From a bacterium (GTDB taxonomy: Bacteria; Vulcanimicrobiota; Xenobia; Xenobiales; JADMJV01), in contig JASBRJ010000206.1 of the NCBI GenBank assembly GCA_030149525.1, forward strand, positions 20,460 through 84,459: a DNA stretch of 64,000 bases. The letters run 5' to 3'. This document shows, one piece after another, positions 1-10,495 of the stretch. The notes under the pieces are model-generated. The model had not been told where the DNA came from and ran no database searches. It worked only from the letters and a program-made list of their open reading frames with translations. The number at the start of each line of letters is the position of its first letter. Within the stretch, counting starts at the first letter, position 1. The position numbers and the translations under genes are program-made.

Positions 1-536
1 TCAGTCGATCCAAGAGACGGCCGTCGGGGAGATTCTGGGCGGGCAGAAAGGTGACATGGGAGACCTCAATGATCTGCGAGCTAGAGTTAGTGGTTGTCGG
101 TGAAGCGCCGGCGAGTTGAAGAAGAGCTTTTTTACTGAATCTTGACATAACCCAAGGCTACGCGGTGGGAGTGTTACCCTGAAGGAACCGGCCCGTAGGG
201 ATGTAACCAAAATGTTAACAGTTGGATGCGTTCGGTTGAGAAGCGACCATCACGGCAAGTTATCTCTCCCCAGGATGTTTCAAGAAGCGCAGACCTGTGG
301 ATAATAGAAAACCGAAGGTCTCGTTAGCGATTTCGCGCTTTGTCCAGCTTTTTCTTGACAAAGGCACGCCGACGTGGCAAAAGAAGGCTTGATCATACAG
401 GATATTTCCTGGCTTGAGCACAACATAGGCCGCAACGCTCAAGGGCTCGGCTTTGCCATGTGGTCAAGCTTTGAGACGTTATTACGGAAGAGGGTCCGAG
501 AAAAGGCCCTTAATTAAAGGAGAAGACACTAGTATT

Positions 537-2645
537 ATGTCTACTGAAGTTTCAGACGTAAACAAAGTACGCAACATCGGAATCTCGGCGCACATTGACT
601 CGGGAAAGACTACCCTCTCCGAGCGTATCCTTTTCTACACTGGAAAGATTCACAAAATTGAGGAAGTTCGTGGAAAGTCCGGCGTTGGCGCCAAGATGGA
701 CTCCATGGACCTTGAGCGCGAAAAAGGGATTACCATTCAGTCCGCCGCGACCTACTGTACCTGGGGAGATTACAACATCAACTTGATCGACACCCCCGGT
801 CACGTAGACTTCACCGTTGAAGTTGAGCGTGCACTACGCGTACTTGACGGAGCCGTGCTCGTGCTCTGTGCGGTTGCTGGTGTTCAATCTCAGTCGATCA
901 CCGTAGACCGCCAAATGAAGCGCTACGGCGTTCCGAAGGTTGCTTTCGTTAACAAAATGGACCGTGCCGGTGCCGACACGCACCGTGTTGTCAAGATGCT
1001 TCGTGAGAAGCTCTATCACAACGCCCACCCCGTGACCTTGCCTATCGGCTCGGGTGACGAGTTTGCCGGTATCATCGACTTGCAAACGATGGAAGCCGTC
1101 TACTTCGACGGTGAGAACGGCGAGAACATCCGTCGTGAAGCCATTCCTGATGATATGAAGGATGAAGCGCAGCAGTACAAAGAGTCTCTGCTGGAAGCTT
1201 TGGCCGACTTCGACGACGAACTGGCCGAGAAGTTTCTGGAAGGCGAAGAGGTTTCGCTGGACTTGCTCAAGCGAGTGCTGCGTAAAGCTACTCTCAGCTT
1301 GAAGTTCACTCCCGTCTTCTGTGGAAGTGCCTACAAGAATAAAGGCGTCCAGGTTCTGCTCGACGGTGTTATCGACTATCTTCCGACTCCGAAAGAGCGC
1401 GAAAATATCGGTCTTGACCAGAATGACGGCGAAAAAGAGATCGTTCTCGATACCGATCCTTCCAAGCCTTTCGTTGGACTGGCGTTCAAACTGGAAGACG
1501 GCCGCTTTGGTCAGTTGACCTATCTGCGCGTTTATCAGGGCAGCATTTCGAAGGGTGACTTCATTCACAACATCAACAATAAGAAGAAGGTTAAGGTTCC
1601 TCGTATTGTTCGAATGCACTCCAATGAAATGCACGACGTGGACACGGCGGTTGCCGGTGACATCGTAGCCCTGTTCGGTATCGACTGCGCTTCCGGCGAC
1701 ACTTTCACCGACGGCAACGTGGCCATCACGATGACTTCGATGCACGTACCTGCAGCGGTTATTTCCCTGGCTGTAGAGCCTAAGGAAAGAAGTTCCCAAC
1801 AGAACTTCTCCAAAGCTCTCAACCGCTTCTCTAAGGAAGACCCTACTTTCCGCGTCTGGCGGGATGAAGAGTCCGGCGAAACGCTGATTGCCGGTATGGG
1901 TGAGCTTCACCTCGAAGTCTACCTGGAGCGCATCAAGCGCGAGTACAATTGTGAAGTGACCGTGGGTCAGCCGCAGGTTGCCTATCGTGAAACCATCACG
2001 ACCCAGGCTGTTTTGGACTACACCCACAAGAAGCAAACTGGTGGTTCTGGTCAGTACGCTAAGATTCAGGGTCGCCTTGAGCCTCTGCCGGAAGATTCCG
2101 TTCAGGAATACGAATTCGTCTCCGAGGTTGTGGGCGGTTCCATCCCTAAGGAATACATCCCCGCCTGTGATAAGGGCTTCCAAGAGCAGCTCCAAAAAGG
2201 TCAGCTCATCGAAGCTCCTGTGGTTCGCGTCCGTTGTGTCGTTTCCGATGGTAACTTCCACCCGGTTGACTCCTCTGAAATGGCGTTCAGAACTTGTGCT
2301 AAGGCCGCGTTCCGTGAAGCTTACGAGAGAGCCAATCCGGTTATTCTCGAGCCGATCATGACCGTTGAGGTTTCGGCTCCCGATGAGTTTCAGGGTGCCG
2401 TCACCGGCGGTCTGAACCAGCGTCGTGGTGTCATCACCAACAGCGAGACCAACGAAGGCTACGTGACCGTCATGTGTCTGGTTCCGTTCGCTGAGATGTT
2501 CGGATACGCATCCACTCTGCGGTCTTCCACCCAGGGTAAAGGTGAGTTTACCATGGAGTTTGCTAAGTACGAGCCCGTACCGCGTCAAGCTCAAAATGAA
2601 ATGGTGGAGAAATTCAGAGAAGCGAAGCTGGCTGCTTCCAAGTAG
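537..2645 (+). CDS. fusA: Translation elongation factor G (EF-G)
   Basis: N-terminal GTPase P-loop [17 protein letters not shown] and NKMDR motifs, plus EF-G domains II-V. The start was taken at the internal Met (MSTEVSDV) preceded by AAAGGAG; the ORF-track start at 453 would add a non-conserved leader. Confidence 0.95.
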   Translation: MSTEVSDVNKVRNIGISAHIDSGKTTLSERILFYTGKIHKIEEVRGKSGVGAKMDSMDLEREKGITIQSAATYCTWGDYNINLIDTPGHVDFTVEVERALRVLDGAVLVLCAVAGVQSQSITVDRQMKRYGVPKVAFVNKMDRAGADTHRVVKMLREKLYHNAHPVTLPIGSGDEFAGIIDLQTMEAVYFDGENGENIRREAIPDDMKDEAQQYKESLLEALADFDDELAEKFLEGEEVSLDLLKRVLRKATLSLKFTPVFCGSAYKNKGVQVLLDGVIDYLPTPKERENIGLDQNDGEKEIVLDTDPSKPFVGLAFKLEDGRFGQLTYLRVYQGSISKGDFIHNINNKKKVKVPRIVRMHSNEMHDVDTAVAGDIVALFGIDCASGDTFTDGNVAITMTSMHVPAAVISLAVEPKERSSQQNFSKALNRFSKEDPTFRVWRDEESGETLIAGMGELHLEVYLERIKREYNCEVTVGQPQVAYRETITTQAVLDYTHKKQTGGSGQYAKIQGRLEPLPEDSVQEYEFVSEVVGGSIPKEYIPACDKGFQEQLQKGQLIEAPVVRVRCVVSDGNFHPVDSSEMAFRTCAKAAFREAYERANPVILEPIMTVEVSAPDEFQGAVTGGLNQRRGVITNSETNEGYVTVMCLVPFAEMFGYASTLRSSTQGKGEFTMEFAKYEPVPRQAQNEMVEKFREAKLAASK

Positions 2646-2669
2646 TCCTCTCTTCTCAACCACGAGAAA

Positions 2670-2700
2670 CTCCTCGGCTCTCAGGGTCGGGGAGTTTTTT
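2670..2700 (+). terminator. Rho-independent terminator downstream of fusA
   Basis: GC-rich imperfect hairpin (CTCCTCGGCT...GGGTCGGGGAG) followed immediately by TTTTTT, 25 nt after the fusA stop. Confidence 0.55.
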
Positions 2701-2723
2701 AATTTTCTTCGAAAGGTGTTCGA

Positions 2724-3101
2724 GTGTTAACCGATGCCGAGGCAAAACTTGCCGATTTTGAAAGCAAAGAATTTTTTACTCCGTTCGAACTGGAGCACAT
2801 TCTGCAAATTCCACTTTCCGACATAGTGGAGATCTTCGCCAAGGTGCCCAAAGTCGCCAAGCCAGCGGGATGCTTCAAAGGAGACGAGTCTCGAGATATG
2901 ATCAAAAAGTGGGCCCGGAAGAGAGTTTATGCCGACATCATTGCCCGCAATGCGGTGAATGCCGCCCCTGAGATTCGACGAGCCGAAGATAACGGAGAAC
3001 CTCTTCAGATCAAACTGAGAGATGTCACTCATGAGAAAGACTTTTCGGTGAGATTTCCCGGTGATCTGAAGAGATACTTGGACAGTCTTTCCAGCGGTTA
3101 G
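2724..3101 (+). CDS. Hypothetical protein (GTG start)
   Basis: 125-aa ORF downstream of the fusA terminator with a coding-like composition and no recognisable motif. A longer ORF runs antisense to it (2727..3167), so which strand is real is not certain. Confidence 0.4.
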   Translation: MLTDAEAKLADFESKEFFTPFELEHILQIPLSDIVEIFAKVPKVAKPAGCFKGDESRDMIKKWARKRVYADIIARNAVNAAPEIRRAEDNGEPLQIKLRDVTHEKDFSVRFPGDLKRYLDSLSSG

Positions 3102-4477
3102 GGCAGGTTTGTCCGGCCGTGTTCGGAGCCGTAGTAGAAGGACGCGTCTTTGGCAAGTTCTTCCCACTTTTTCCGATACAGCCAGGGATTCTCGTCTTTG
3201 ATCGGTTCTTTTTTCACCTGCTGAGTCCAGGCTTCGGTCAGACAGTCGGCCTCATCAAAACAAGCTTGTGAGAAAGCTCGTCTCTCATCGACACTTTTCT
3301 CCCGCACGCTCGCCGCTTTCTCTTGGAAGCGCGTTTCTAGAGCATCGCGGGCGTCTTTGAACACCGGTAGTCGGTGGGTGTAGTCTTTGAGAACTTCTCG
3401 GTGGAGTCTCTCATGCTGCCACCAGAGCGTACTTTGATTGAACTGGCCGGTGGGGAATTCACCTATGGAGGGGATCCCCGTGTCGAACCAGAGAGGTTTG
3501 AAGACGCTTGTACAGGGAGCGGAGGTTCCGCTGAGCCAGTGGGTTGGGTTGGTGCTAGTGAGGTGACTCACCATGGAGCCTGTGGTCTGGTCGGTACGAA
3601 TCGGCCCAAAGCCCGTGTGCATGCAGACGGAATTGCCGAAGAGGCCCCGAGCCGGTGAATAGCCGGCACCCGCACCGGGTCCGTGATCTCTTAGCATCGC
3701 CATGACACTTGCCACAGTGATCCGACCTTTCTGCTCGGATAGAAGCTGAGTCAGGCGATTTTGTCGACCATCACCTCGTCCGAAGAAGGTGTAGAGATAG
3801 CTTGGATAGAGCCCTTTACCTCCGTAGCTCTTTTTGAAATTGAACGGCTTGCCGGGCTTGTGCCAGCCTTGAGATTCAGCGAAGCTGATGGTGTCTTTGG
3901 AGATCATGTCGTAGGTGGTTGTGATGGTGAGGGTGTTGGAGGTGGCTCTCACATCTCGCACTTTTTCCGCTACCCAATGCTTGCCGGCTGTTTCCAATAT
4001 CCATACCTCATGGTGATCGGCTATGAGAAAGGAGTTATGGTAGTAGAACTGGGTTCGGAACCCGCAATTGCCACCTTGTCCGAAGGTTTCAAGCAAGTTC
4101 GTAATCACCTCAACTGCCTGGATGGAGTTCTCAGCCCGTTCCAGGGCCAACCGGAGGAAGTCCATACCGGTGAGTCCGGGCCCGGTTTCATAGGGCACTT
4201 TGGTGAAGACAGCCGTGTTTCCGATGGTCAAACCGTGTTCGTTGGTGCCCATTTCTGCTCCCCATAGCCAGCAAGGCCGGGCCAATACAACGGAGTAGGT
4301 GTGAGGCACTTGAGGGATGCTCACGTAAGTGCACCGGACCACCGAACCATCCGGATGATCGGCTGCGGGAACCTGCTCCAGGGCGTGGGCTTCATTGGGG
4401 GCCCGGTCGCTGTTCTTTCCAAAAATGACGACCCCGTCTTTGGTCGAGTTCCCCAGGGCTACAACGTTATTACACAT
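3098..4477 (-). CDS. C69-family dipeptidase (N-terminal Cys nucleophile hydrolase)
   Basis: The product begins Met-Cys (MCNNVVALGNSTKDGVVIFGKNSDR), the hallmark of Ntn-hydrolase C69 dipeptidases, and has typical length. The start was taken at the Met directly before the Cys. Confidence 0.75.
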   Translation of the reverse strand: MCNNVVALGNSTKDGVVIFGKNSDRAPNEAHALEQVPAADHPDGSVVRCTYVSIPQVPHTYSVVLARPCWLWGAEMGTNEHGLTIGNTAVFTKVPYETGPGLTGMDFLRLALERAENSIQAVEVITNLLETFGQGGNCGFRTQFYYHNSFLIADHHEVWILETAGKHWVAEKVRDVRATSNTLTITTTYDMISKDTISFAESQGWHKPGKPFNFKKSYGGKGLYPSYLYTFFGRGDGRQNRLTQLLSEQKGRITVASVMAMLRDHGPGAGAGYSPARGLFGNSVCMHTGFGPIRTDQTTGSMVSHLTSTNPTHWLSGTSAPCTSVFKPLWFDTGIPSIGEFPTGQFNQSTLWWQHERLHREVLKDYTHRLPVFKDARDALETRFQEKAASVREKSVDERRAFSQACFDEADCLTEAWTQQVKKEPIKDENPWLYRKKWEELAKDASFYYGSEHGRTNLP

Positions 4478-5942
4478 CTTTATCTCCAAACCAACCGGTC
4501 TCAGGTTGCAATTTCGTGGTCATAAAATCGATGGCTTCTCCCACCGTCTTGAGCTTGTGAATGTCGAACTCGGCTTTCATCAGGCGAGATAGTTCCGTAA
4601 GCTTTTCTTTCAAAGGCAGCTGTTCATCGAGTTTCTGGGCGGTTTCATAGCAAGCGATGAGGCCGAGAATGTCACGCTGAAGATGTAGGAGCGGCGCCTT
4701 ACGATGCTCGGGATGAGGGGCGTAGGGCAGCGGTCGAATTTCGGGTCTGTCCGTGCGAGGCGTCTCAAGAGCGAGTACCTGTCCGAGACCGTTGGCAGCA
4801 GCGTCGCGCCTGGTGAGCGACTGGAGGTCCCACTTTTGAGTGACCGTCTTGATTATAGATGTGTGGCAGAATTCGGTATGAACCACCTGTCCTTGAGGAA
4901 TCCAGGGAGACACCAGAATGGTGGGCACTCGAACTCCCAAGCGATCAAAGCAGAACCCTTCTTCTCCCGACCGGCACTCTGCATCGGGTGGTACGGTGGC
5001 AGGGGGCAGGACATGATCGTAACAGCCTCCGTGTTCGTCGAAGGTGATCACGAGAAGGATTTTCTCCCATGCTTTTCCGTTTCGAATGGACTGGTAGATC
5101 TCGTTGACGAGAATTTCAGCTGCAGACACACTTGAAGTGACCAGAAACTTCTTATCTAAAGGGGGATGGGCGTCGTTATGGTCAAGGAAGAAACGAGGCT
5201 CAATGAGGCTGAAGGGGGGGAGTTCGCCGGACGCGGCATCTTTGTGAAAGTCCCCCATTTTCTTGAAGCGGCTATGAGGCATTTGCCACAAGGTGGGCTG
5301 GACCAACCTGGTTAGGGGCATAATGTCTAGCTCATCGTAGTAGATATGCCAAGCAAGACCTGCTTCTTCCAATCGGTTGAAGATGGTGGGCGAGTCAGTG
5401 AGCAACCACTTCGGCTCCGGACTGTTGTTCACAAAACCTCTTGAAGTGGAAGCCACCGAGAAGCAACGGTTGCAAAGCGTTTGGGAGGGCACCGATGAGA
5501 ACCATCGGTCGCACACGGCGTAGTGGTGGGCAAGGCCGCTCAGAACCGGCAAGCTGTCCGGGGTGAAGGCGTTCATGATGACTTGATAGTCGTTTCGGTT
5601 TGGCGTCTTTCCGGAGTGAGTTTGCAAGACCTTGATGTAGTCTTCCACAAACCCTTCCATGGTGTCCCCGCGTAGTTGGCGGACCACATGCTCAAACTCT
5701 TCGCCGGGATCGGGGCTGGGCTCCGTCATCACCCTACCCTTTGCTGCGGGGATGCGGGTGCCGGTCAGAGGGTCGGGATTGCTGAGGTTTTTCCCGCTCA
5801 GGCCGTCGAAGGTCTGGCCCGATGGAGGTGACTGGAACGGCGGTGCGTTTTCTGGGTCGTAAAGCCACCCTAGAACATTGTCAAAGGACCGGTTTTCTAA
5901 CATGAGAACAACGATGCTCTCGATCTTGGTCAGATTGGACAA
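4470..5942 (-). CDS. Phosphoesterase-family protein (phospholipase C / acid phosphatase AcpA-like)
   Basis: The N-terminus IESIVVLMLENRSFDNVLG is the signature of the phosphoesterase (PLC/AcpA) family; the product is about 490 aa. Confidence 0.75.
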   Translation of the reverse strand: MSNLTKIESIVVLMLENRSFDNVLGWLYDPENAPPFQSPPSGQTFDGLSGKNLSNPDPLTGTRIPAAKGRVMTEPSPDPGEEFEHVVRQLRGDTMEGFVEDYIKVLQTHSGKTPNRNDYQVIMNAFTPDSLPVLSGLAHHYAVCDRWFSSVPSQTLCNRCFSVASTSRGFVNNSPEPKWLLTDSPTIFNRLEEAGLAWHIYYDELDIMPLTRLVQPTLWQMPHSRFKKMGDFHKDAASGELPPFSLIEPRFFLDHNDAHPPLDKKFLVTSSVSAAEILVNEIYQSIRNGKAWEKILLVITFDEHGGCYDHVLPPATVPPDAECRSGEEGFCFDRLGVRVPTILVSPWIPQGQVVHTEFCHTSIIKTVTQKWDLQSLTRRDAAANGLGQVLALETPRTDRPEIRPLPYAPHPEHRKAPLLHLQRDILGLIACYETAQKLDEQLPLKEKLTELSRLMKAEFDIHKLKTVGEAIDFMTTKLQPETGWFGDKDV

Positions 5943-6071
5943 TAAGGACCGCCTCCCGTTGTCTGATTTGTTGTGGGTGTCGAGAGCCCTTTCTGCGACG
6001 GCATCTCGTCAATCACGCCTTAATAATCCGGTATCAAAGGAGTCGCTACCTGGAACCTGAAGGCGAGAAGT

Positions 6072-7706
6072 ATGAATATTTTGATCGTATCCTCAGAAAT
6101 GACGCCGTTTGCTAAGACGGGAGGTTTGGCCGATGTGGTGGGAGCCCTTCCCGCAGCCCTTCAAGCCCAGGGACATACCGTTTGGGTTGTGATGCCGAAG
6201 TACGGGCGTATCGATACCTCCAAATTCGGAATCGAAGCCTATCACGGACCTATGGGCGTTTGGATGGGGGGCAACCAAGAGTGGTGCTCGGTTCATCGCA
6301 CCCTCCTCGATGATGTGCCGGTGCATTTTGTCGAGCATTCCGAGTTCTTCGACCGCTCCGGACTCTATAACGATCAGAACAACCAGGACTATCCCGACAA
6401 CCCCCGGCGATTCGGTTTTCTGTCAAAGGCTGCTCTCCAGTTGTGCGTCGATAAGGGGTTCAAACCGGACGTTGTTCACGCCAACGATTGGCAAACGGCG
6501 CTCTTGCCCGCCTATCTCAAGACCTGGGACTGGAAAGGCACGGTTCTGGAAGAGGCAGCCTCTCTTCTCACCATTCATAACATGGCCTATCAGGGGGTTT
6601 GTTCCAAGTCTCATTACGATTATCTGGGCCTGAGTTGGGAGAGTTTTCACAGCGGCGCCTTCGAGAGCTTGGGCTCGGTCAACATGCTCAAGGGCGGCAT
6701 CTTCTACGCCGATTGTGTGAACACGGTGAGCCCCACCTATGCCCGAGAAACTTGCACCGATCAGGGACACGGTCTGGAACCCAATCTTTCGGCCAAGGGC
6801 GACCGCTATTTTGGAATTCTCAACGGGGTCGACTACTCGGTTTGGAACCCGGTTACCGACCCGTATCTTCCCTACAATTACACTGCTGAGTTTCCCGCAG
6901 GGAAGGTTCTTTGCAAACAGGCAGTTCAGCGCACTTTCGGCCTCCGTCAAGACGATAATGTGGCTCTCTTGGGCACGGTCGGTCGGTTGGCGGACCAGAA
7001 AGGCCTGAATCTGCTGGCCGATGCTCTCGAGGGTTTGCTCAACACCATGCATGTTCAGGTGGTTTTATTGGGTAGTGGTGATAAGCATCTGGAGCACCGG
7101 TTTGGGGAGCTCGCTCACCGATATCAGGGCCGTTTCGGAACTTACTTCGGCTTCAGTGAGCGGTTGGCTCACCTCATCGAAGCAGGGAGTGACTTCTTCT
7201 TAATGCCCAGTCTGTTCGAGCCGTGCGGACTGAATCAACTCTATTCACTCCGTTACGGGACCTTACCCATTGTGCGCTCGGTGGGCGGTTTGAATGACAC
7301 GGTAGAAAACTATCAGGAAGACTCCGGTCTTGGGACCGGTTTTAAGTTCTACGACTTCAATCCCGATGCTCTCTACGGCACCATCGGTTGGGCTGTGAGC
7401 ACTTACTACGACAGACCTCATCACATCAAAAAGATGAGAGAGGCCGCCATGTCGCGCCGCTTCACCTGGGAGATGAGCGCGGTTCATTACCAGAAGGCTT
7501 ATCAGGTCGCCCAGAGTGTGCGGTCCGAGGAACTCGCAGAGCTTGAAGAGGCGGCGAAGGCGGCAGCCGAGGCGGAGGCTGAGAAAAAGGCTAAGGCGGA
7601 GAGCGAAAAGCAAAAGGCTGCCAAAAAGAAGCCTGCCAAAGAGTCCAGGAAGAAAAAAGCCAGGGGCAAGTCAAAATCTCAAGTCAAGAAGAAGGTTAAG
7701 GCCTAA
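6072..7706 (+). CDS. glgA: Glycogen synthase (ADP-glucose-type) with a Lys-rich C-terminal tail
   Basis: MNILIVSSEMTPFAKTGGLADVVGALP is the canonical GlgA N-terminus (KTGGL motif), with a GT-B fold through about residue 475. The last ~65 aa are low-complexity E/A/K-rich (KKAKAESEKQKAAKKKPAKESRKKKARGKSKSQVKKKVKA). Confidence 0.9.
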   Translation: MNILIVSSEMTPFAKTGGLADVVGALPAALQAQGHTVWVVMPKYGRIDTSKFGIEAYHGPMGVWMGGNQEWCSVHRTLLDDVPVHFVEHSEFFDRSGLYNDQNNQDYPDNPRRFGFLSKAALQLCVDKGFKPDVVHANDWQTALLPAYLKTWDWKGTVLEEAASLLTIHNMAYQGVCSKSHYDYLGLSWESFHSGAFESLGSVNMLKGGIFYADCVNTVSPTYARETCTDQGHGLEPNLSAKGDRYFGILNGVDYSVWNPVTDPYLPYNYTAEFPAGKVLCKQAVQRTFGLRQDDNVALLGTVGRLADQKGLNLLADALEGLLNTMHVQVVLLGSGDKHLEHRFGELAHRYQGRFGTYFGFSERLAHLIEAGSDFFLMPSLFEPCGLNQLYSLRYGTLPIVRSVGGLNDTVENYQEDSGLGTGFKFYDFNPDALYGTIGWAVSTYYDRPHHIKKMREAAMSRRFTWEMSAVHYQKAYQVAQSVRSEELAELEEAAKAAAEAEAEKKAKAESEKQKAAKKKPAKESRKKKARGKSKSQVKKKVKA

Positions 7707-8397
7707 CCGGGTTCTCAGGATTGAACCAGCGATAGGAGCGCTCTAATCCGCTACGGACCTCAGCTATGCAATCGGGTTTGAGTGTCCATTCGATGATGGT
7801 GATATCGGCCTCTGTTCGACGCCTCACCTCTGAGGGAACCTGTTCGGTGCGAAGCCTCTCCATCTGTTCACGGCAGCCCAGGCGATGTTCGGTGTGGAAT
7901 CTCTCGCTCACAAACATAACGATCTCATCAGGGTCCCAGGCCGGCTCAAAATCTCCCGGTGGATCCCAGTCTATCTCGGTGGCGGCGATGCCGAAATTTC
8001 TTCCTAAATAGGCGTCGCCGAAGACCGTAGGGAACTGTAGAGCTATTTCTGAGAAAGACTGAATCGTGGCCTCGGCGGTGCACTCAGAGTTGGGAAAAAA
8101 GTGATAAAGAAATCTCACCCAGTCTTCGCGCACGGTGAGAATGAGATGATGCTTTACATTGCTCTTACCGATCCTGCCGACCCCTAGAAATTCCGTGGTG
8201 ACACAACCTCGCGCGACTAATTGATCAGAGGTTTCCTCTGGTGTGCCGATGTCGGTGAAGCCTGAGCTATCGTCACCCATCTTCGCCAGAGGCGACCACC
8301 AACCATGTTGCTCGAGAAGGGTCAGAAGCCGGATGGGCCATCCGTCCGCCACAAGTGGAGGAGGACACCGAACGTCGGCTTCGAGAGTGAGCCTCAC
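7696..8397 (-). CDS. Hypothetical protein
   Basis: 233-aa ORF whose stop overlaps the subtilase gene start by 4 nt and whose start overlaps the glgA 3' end by 11 nt on the opposite strand. No recognisable motif. Confidence 0.45.
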   Translation of the reverse strand: MRLTLEADVRCPPPLVADGWPIRLLTLLEQHGWWSPLAKMGDDSSGFTDIGTPEETSDQLVARGCVTTEFLGVGRIGKSNVKHHLILTVREDWVRFLYHFFPNSECTAEATIQSFSEIALQFPTVFGDAYLGRNFGIAATEIDWDPPGDFEPAWDPDEIVMFVSERFHTEHRLGCREQMERLRTEQVPSEVRRRTEADITIIEWTLKPDCIAEVRSGLERSYRWFNPENPVRP

Positions 8398-10445
8398 TCC
8401 TTATCGGCCTGCCCGAACACTTGCAGGCTAGAGAGAGAAATTCCGTTCTTGGCCCGTCCGATGCGACTGTTCACACTGAATCTAAGCTGAACGGTTTTGC
8501 CTTCATAAGCGGAAAGATCCAGTCCGTGAGTCTTCCAACCGTCGGAGTTCTCGATTCGCTCCAACTGACTCCAACGTCTGCCGTCGGTGGTGACTTCCAG
8601 TTCGGCGGTGTTGGCAATGGCGAGATCGGCACTCATCTCAAACTGGAGAAACGGGTTCTCGTGTTTGCTCAAGTTGATACGAGGACTGGTGAGAGTGGAG
8701 GTGGACTTGGCGCGACTGCCGCGGGGCGGGGCGGAGGTGAAAACCTGTCCCTTGATGGGGTCTTTGAAGCTTCGAAAATCCCCGTCGATATCAAAGCTCG
8801 TTCTAGAACTGGTAAAGTCTTCGTTGAAGAGTAACTCCGCTTTGGGGAGAGTCACCTGCTCGGTGCTTACGAGAGGAGAGCGATTACCGGCGTTGTCCAC
8901 GGCTTGAACCGAGAAATATACCTGACGCTCCTTAAGGCTTGGAGTTTCCTGGATAGCGTAGCCGTGACGCTCGTTAAGCGCGTTCTCAGAGCCTGTCAGG
9001 AAAGGTTTTGCCTCTCGAAAGTTCTCTTCGGTGATCGGCTTTTCGCTCATCCGAATTTCAACAGTTGAGACCGGGGCTCCCTGATCGCCGTCGTCGCCGG
9101 GGGTCAGCCAGGAGAGAGCCGCGCCGCGGTAGTTGAGGTCCTCTATCTGAACCTGCTTGGGAGAGCCCGGAGCTATGGTGTCGTTCTCAAGCGATGCAGC
9201 GGCGTTCACGCGACCGTCGGAGACACTGATGTCGGTGAGATCATGAACTTTGTCCGAGCCGTAGATTATGCGATCTTTGATCTGTTGAGCGGTGGCGTCG
9301 GGGTATTGAGAAGCCACCAGGGCCGCTACACCCGAGACATGGGGGGTCGCCATGGAGGTTCCGCTGTAGGAGGCGTACTTACCGTTGGGAACGGTGGAGT
9401 AGATGTCTTTACCAGGTGCGGCTACGTCCACTTTGCTGGCGCCCCATTGTGAAAAAGCAGCGCGCTCGTCTCGGTGATCGGTGGCTGCCACCACGAGCAT
9501 GTTATCCACGTCGTAATTGGCGGGGTAGTAGTCGATGGCGTCGTTATCCACTTTGTCGTTGCCGGCGGCCACTACATGGAGGGCCTCACTTGCGGCAAAG
9601 GCCTCTTTCACCGCTTCATTGTAAGGGCCGCCGCCCCAACTGTTAGAGGTGATGTCGGCTCCCATTTTGTTGGCGTAGAGAAGGCCTCGCAGGATGGAGG
9701 CCGATGTGGACTCGCCCTCGTCGCTGAAGATCTTAACAGCCATCAGTTTTGCTTTGGGACTCACTCCCACCACTCCGATGCCGTTATCACCCACCGCACC
9801 GATGGTCCCCGCACAGTGAGTTCCGTGGGAGTGCCCGTCCATGGGATCACCGGTCTGGGCGAAAGCGTTGTAGCCATGAACATCGTCGACAACTCCGTTG
9901 CCGTCGTTGTCGATTCCGTCGCCGGGGATCTCGCCCGGGTTGGTCCACATGTTGGCTGCCAGATCGGGATGGGTGTAGTCGATTCCGGTGTCGATCACGG
10001 CGATGAGAGGACCGTTGGGAGAGTTGTCGCCCTGGGTGATCTGCCAGGCCTCAGGGGCGTTAATATCGGCGCCGGGTTTCCCGCCGGTTTGCCCTTCGTT
10101 GTGAAGGCCCCATAGCTTCGAGGTGAGATCATTAGGTAGAGCGGTTGGCTCGGTGGCTTGAAACTCAGGCAATCGGTACAGGTAGTTCGGTTCAGCGAAG
10201 GCGATGCGCTCGTCTTGCTTCATCTGAGCTAAAGCGTCGTTCACATCGACGCCCTGGGGAAGCTTCACCCGTACGATATCATGGGACTCGTTGGAATTCA
10301 GCGACGCTTCACTCAACTCGAATCGCTCGACAATATTTGAGCCATATTCGGAGAGAATATCGTCGCTCAGGGTATTGCCGGAGTTCTTGAGGCGGAGGAG
10401 GACTTCGCCGGGGACATACTTTGGAGTTCGGTTTGTAAGTTTCAT
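8394..10445 (-). CDS. Subtilisin-like serine peptidase (S8 family) with pro-domain and C-terminal beta-sandwich domains
   Basis: Catalytic triad motifs DTGID (Asp), HGTHCAGTIGA (His) and GTSMATPHVSGVAAL (Ser). An N-terminal I9-like propeptide and a ~250-aa C-terminal extension flank the protease domain. Confidence 0.85.
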   Translation of the reverse strand: MKLTNRTPKYVPGEVLLRLKNSGNTLSDDILSEYGSNIVERFELSEASLNSNESHDIVRVKLPQGVDVNDALAQMKQDERIAFAEPNYLYRLPEFQATEPTALPNDLTSKLWGLHNEGQTGGKPGADINAPEAWQITQGDNSPNGPLIAVIDTGIDYTHPDLAANMWTNPGEIPGDGIDNDGNGVVDDVHGYNAFAQTGDPMDGHSHGTHCAGTIGAVGDNGIGVVGVSPKAKLMAVKIFSDEGESTSASILRGLLYANKMGADITSNSWGGGPYNEAVKEAFAASEALHVVAAGNDKVDNDAIDYYPANYDVDNMLVVAATDHRDERAAFSQWGASKVDVAAPGKDIYSTVPNGKYASYSGTSMATPHVSGVAALVASQYPDATAQQIKDRIIYGSDKVHDLTDISVSDGRVNAAASLENDTIAPGSPKQVQIEDLNYRGAALSWLTPGDDGDQGAPVSTVEIRMSEKPITEENFREAKPFLTGSENALNERHGYAIQETPSLKERQVYFSVQAVDNAGNRSPLVSTEQVTLPKAELLFNEDFTSSRTSFDIDGDFRSFKDPIKGQVFTSAPPRGSRAKSTSTLTSPRINLSKHENPFLQFEMSADLAIANTAELEVTTDGRRWSQLERIENSDGWKTHGLDLSAYEGKTVQLRFSVNSRIGRAKNGISLSSLQVFGQADKE

Positions 10446-10495
10446 AGCGCCATCCAAGAATAGTCTCCGGGACGGCAACGTTTGAAAACCGTATG

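Noticed and set aside
834-2663. 609-aa ORF antisense to fusA
   Set aside because: It is fully embedded in, and mirrors, the strongly conserved EF-G frame. Long antisense ORFs are expected in high-GC coding DNA, and it has no motif.
6423-7052. 209-aa ORF antisense to glgA, plus several other internal ORFs
   Set aside because: Same reason: they overlap the conserved GlgA frame.
9474-10115. 213-aa Gly/Val-rich ORF antisense to the subtilase gene
   Set aside because: Mirror-frame artefact of the GC-rich S8 protease gene.
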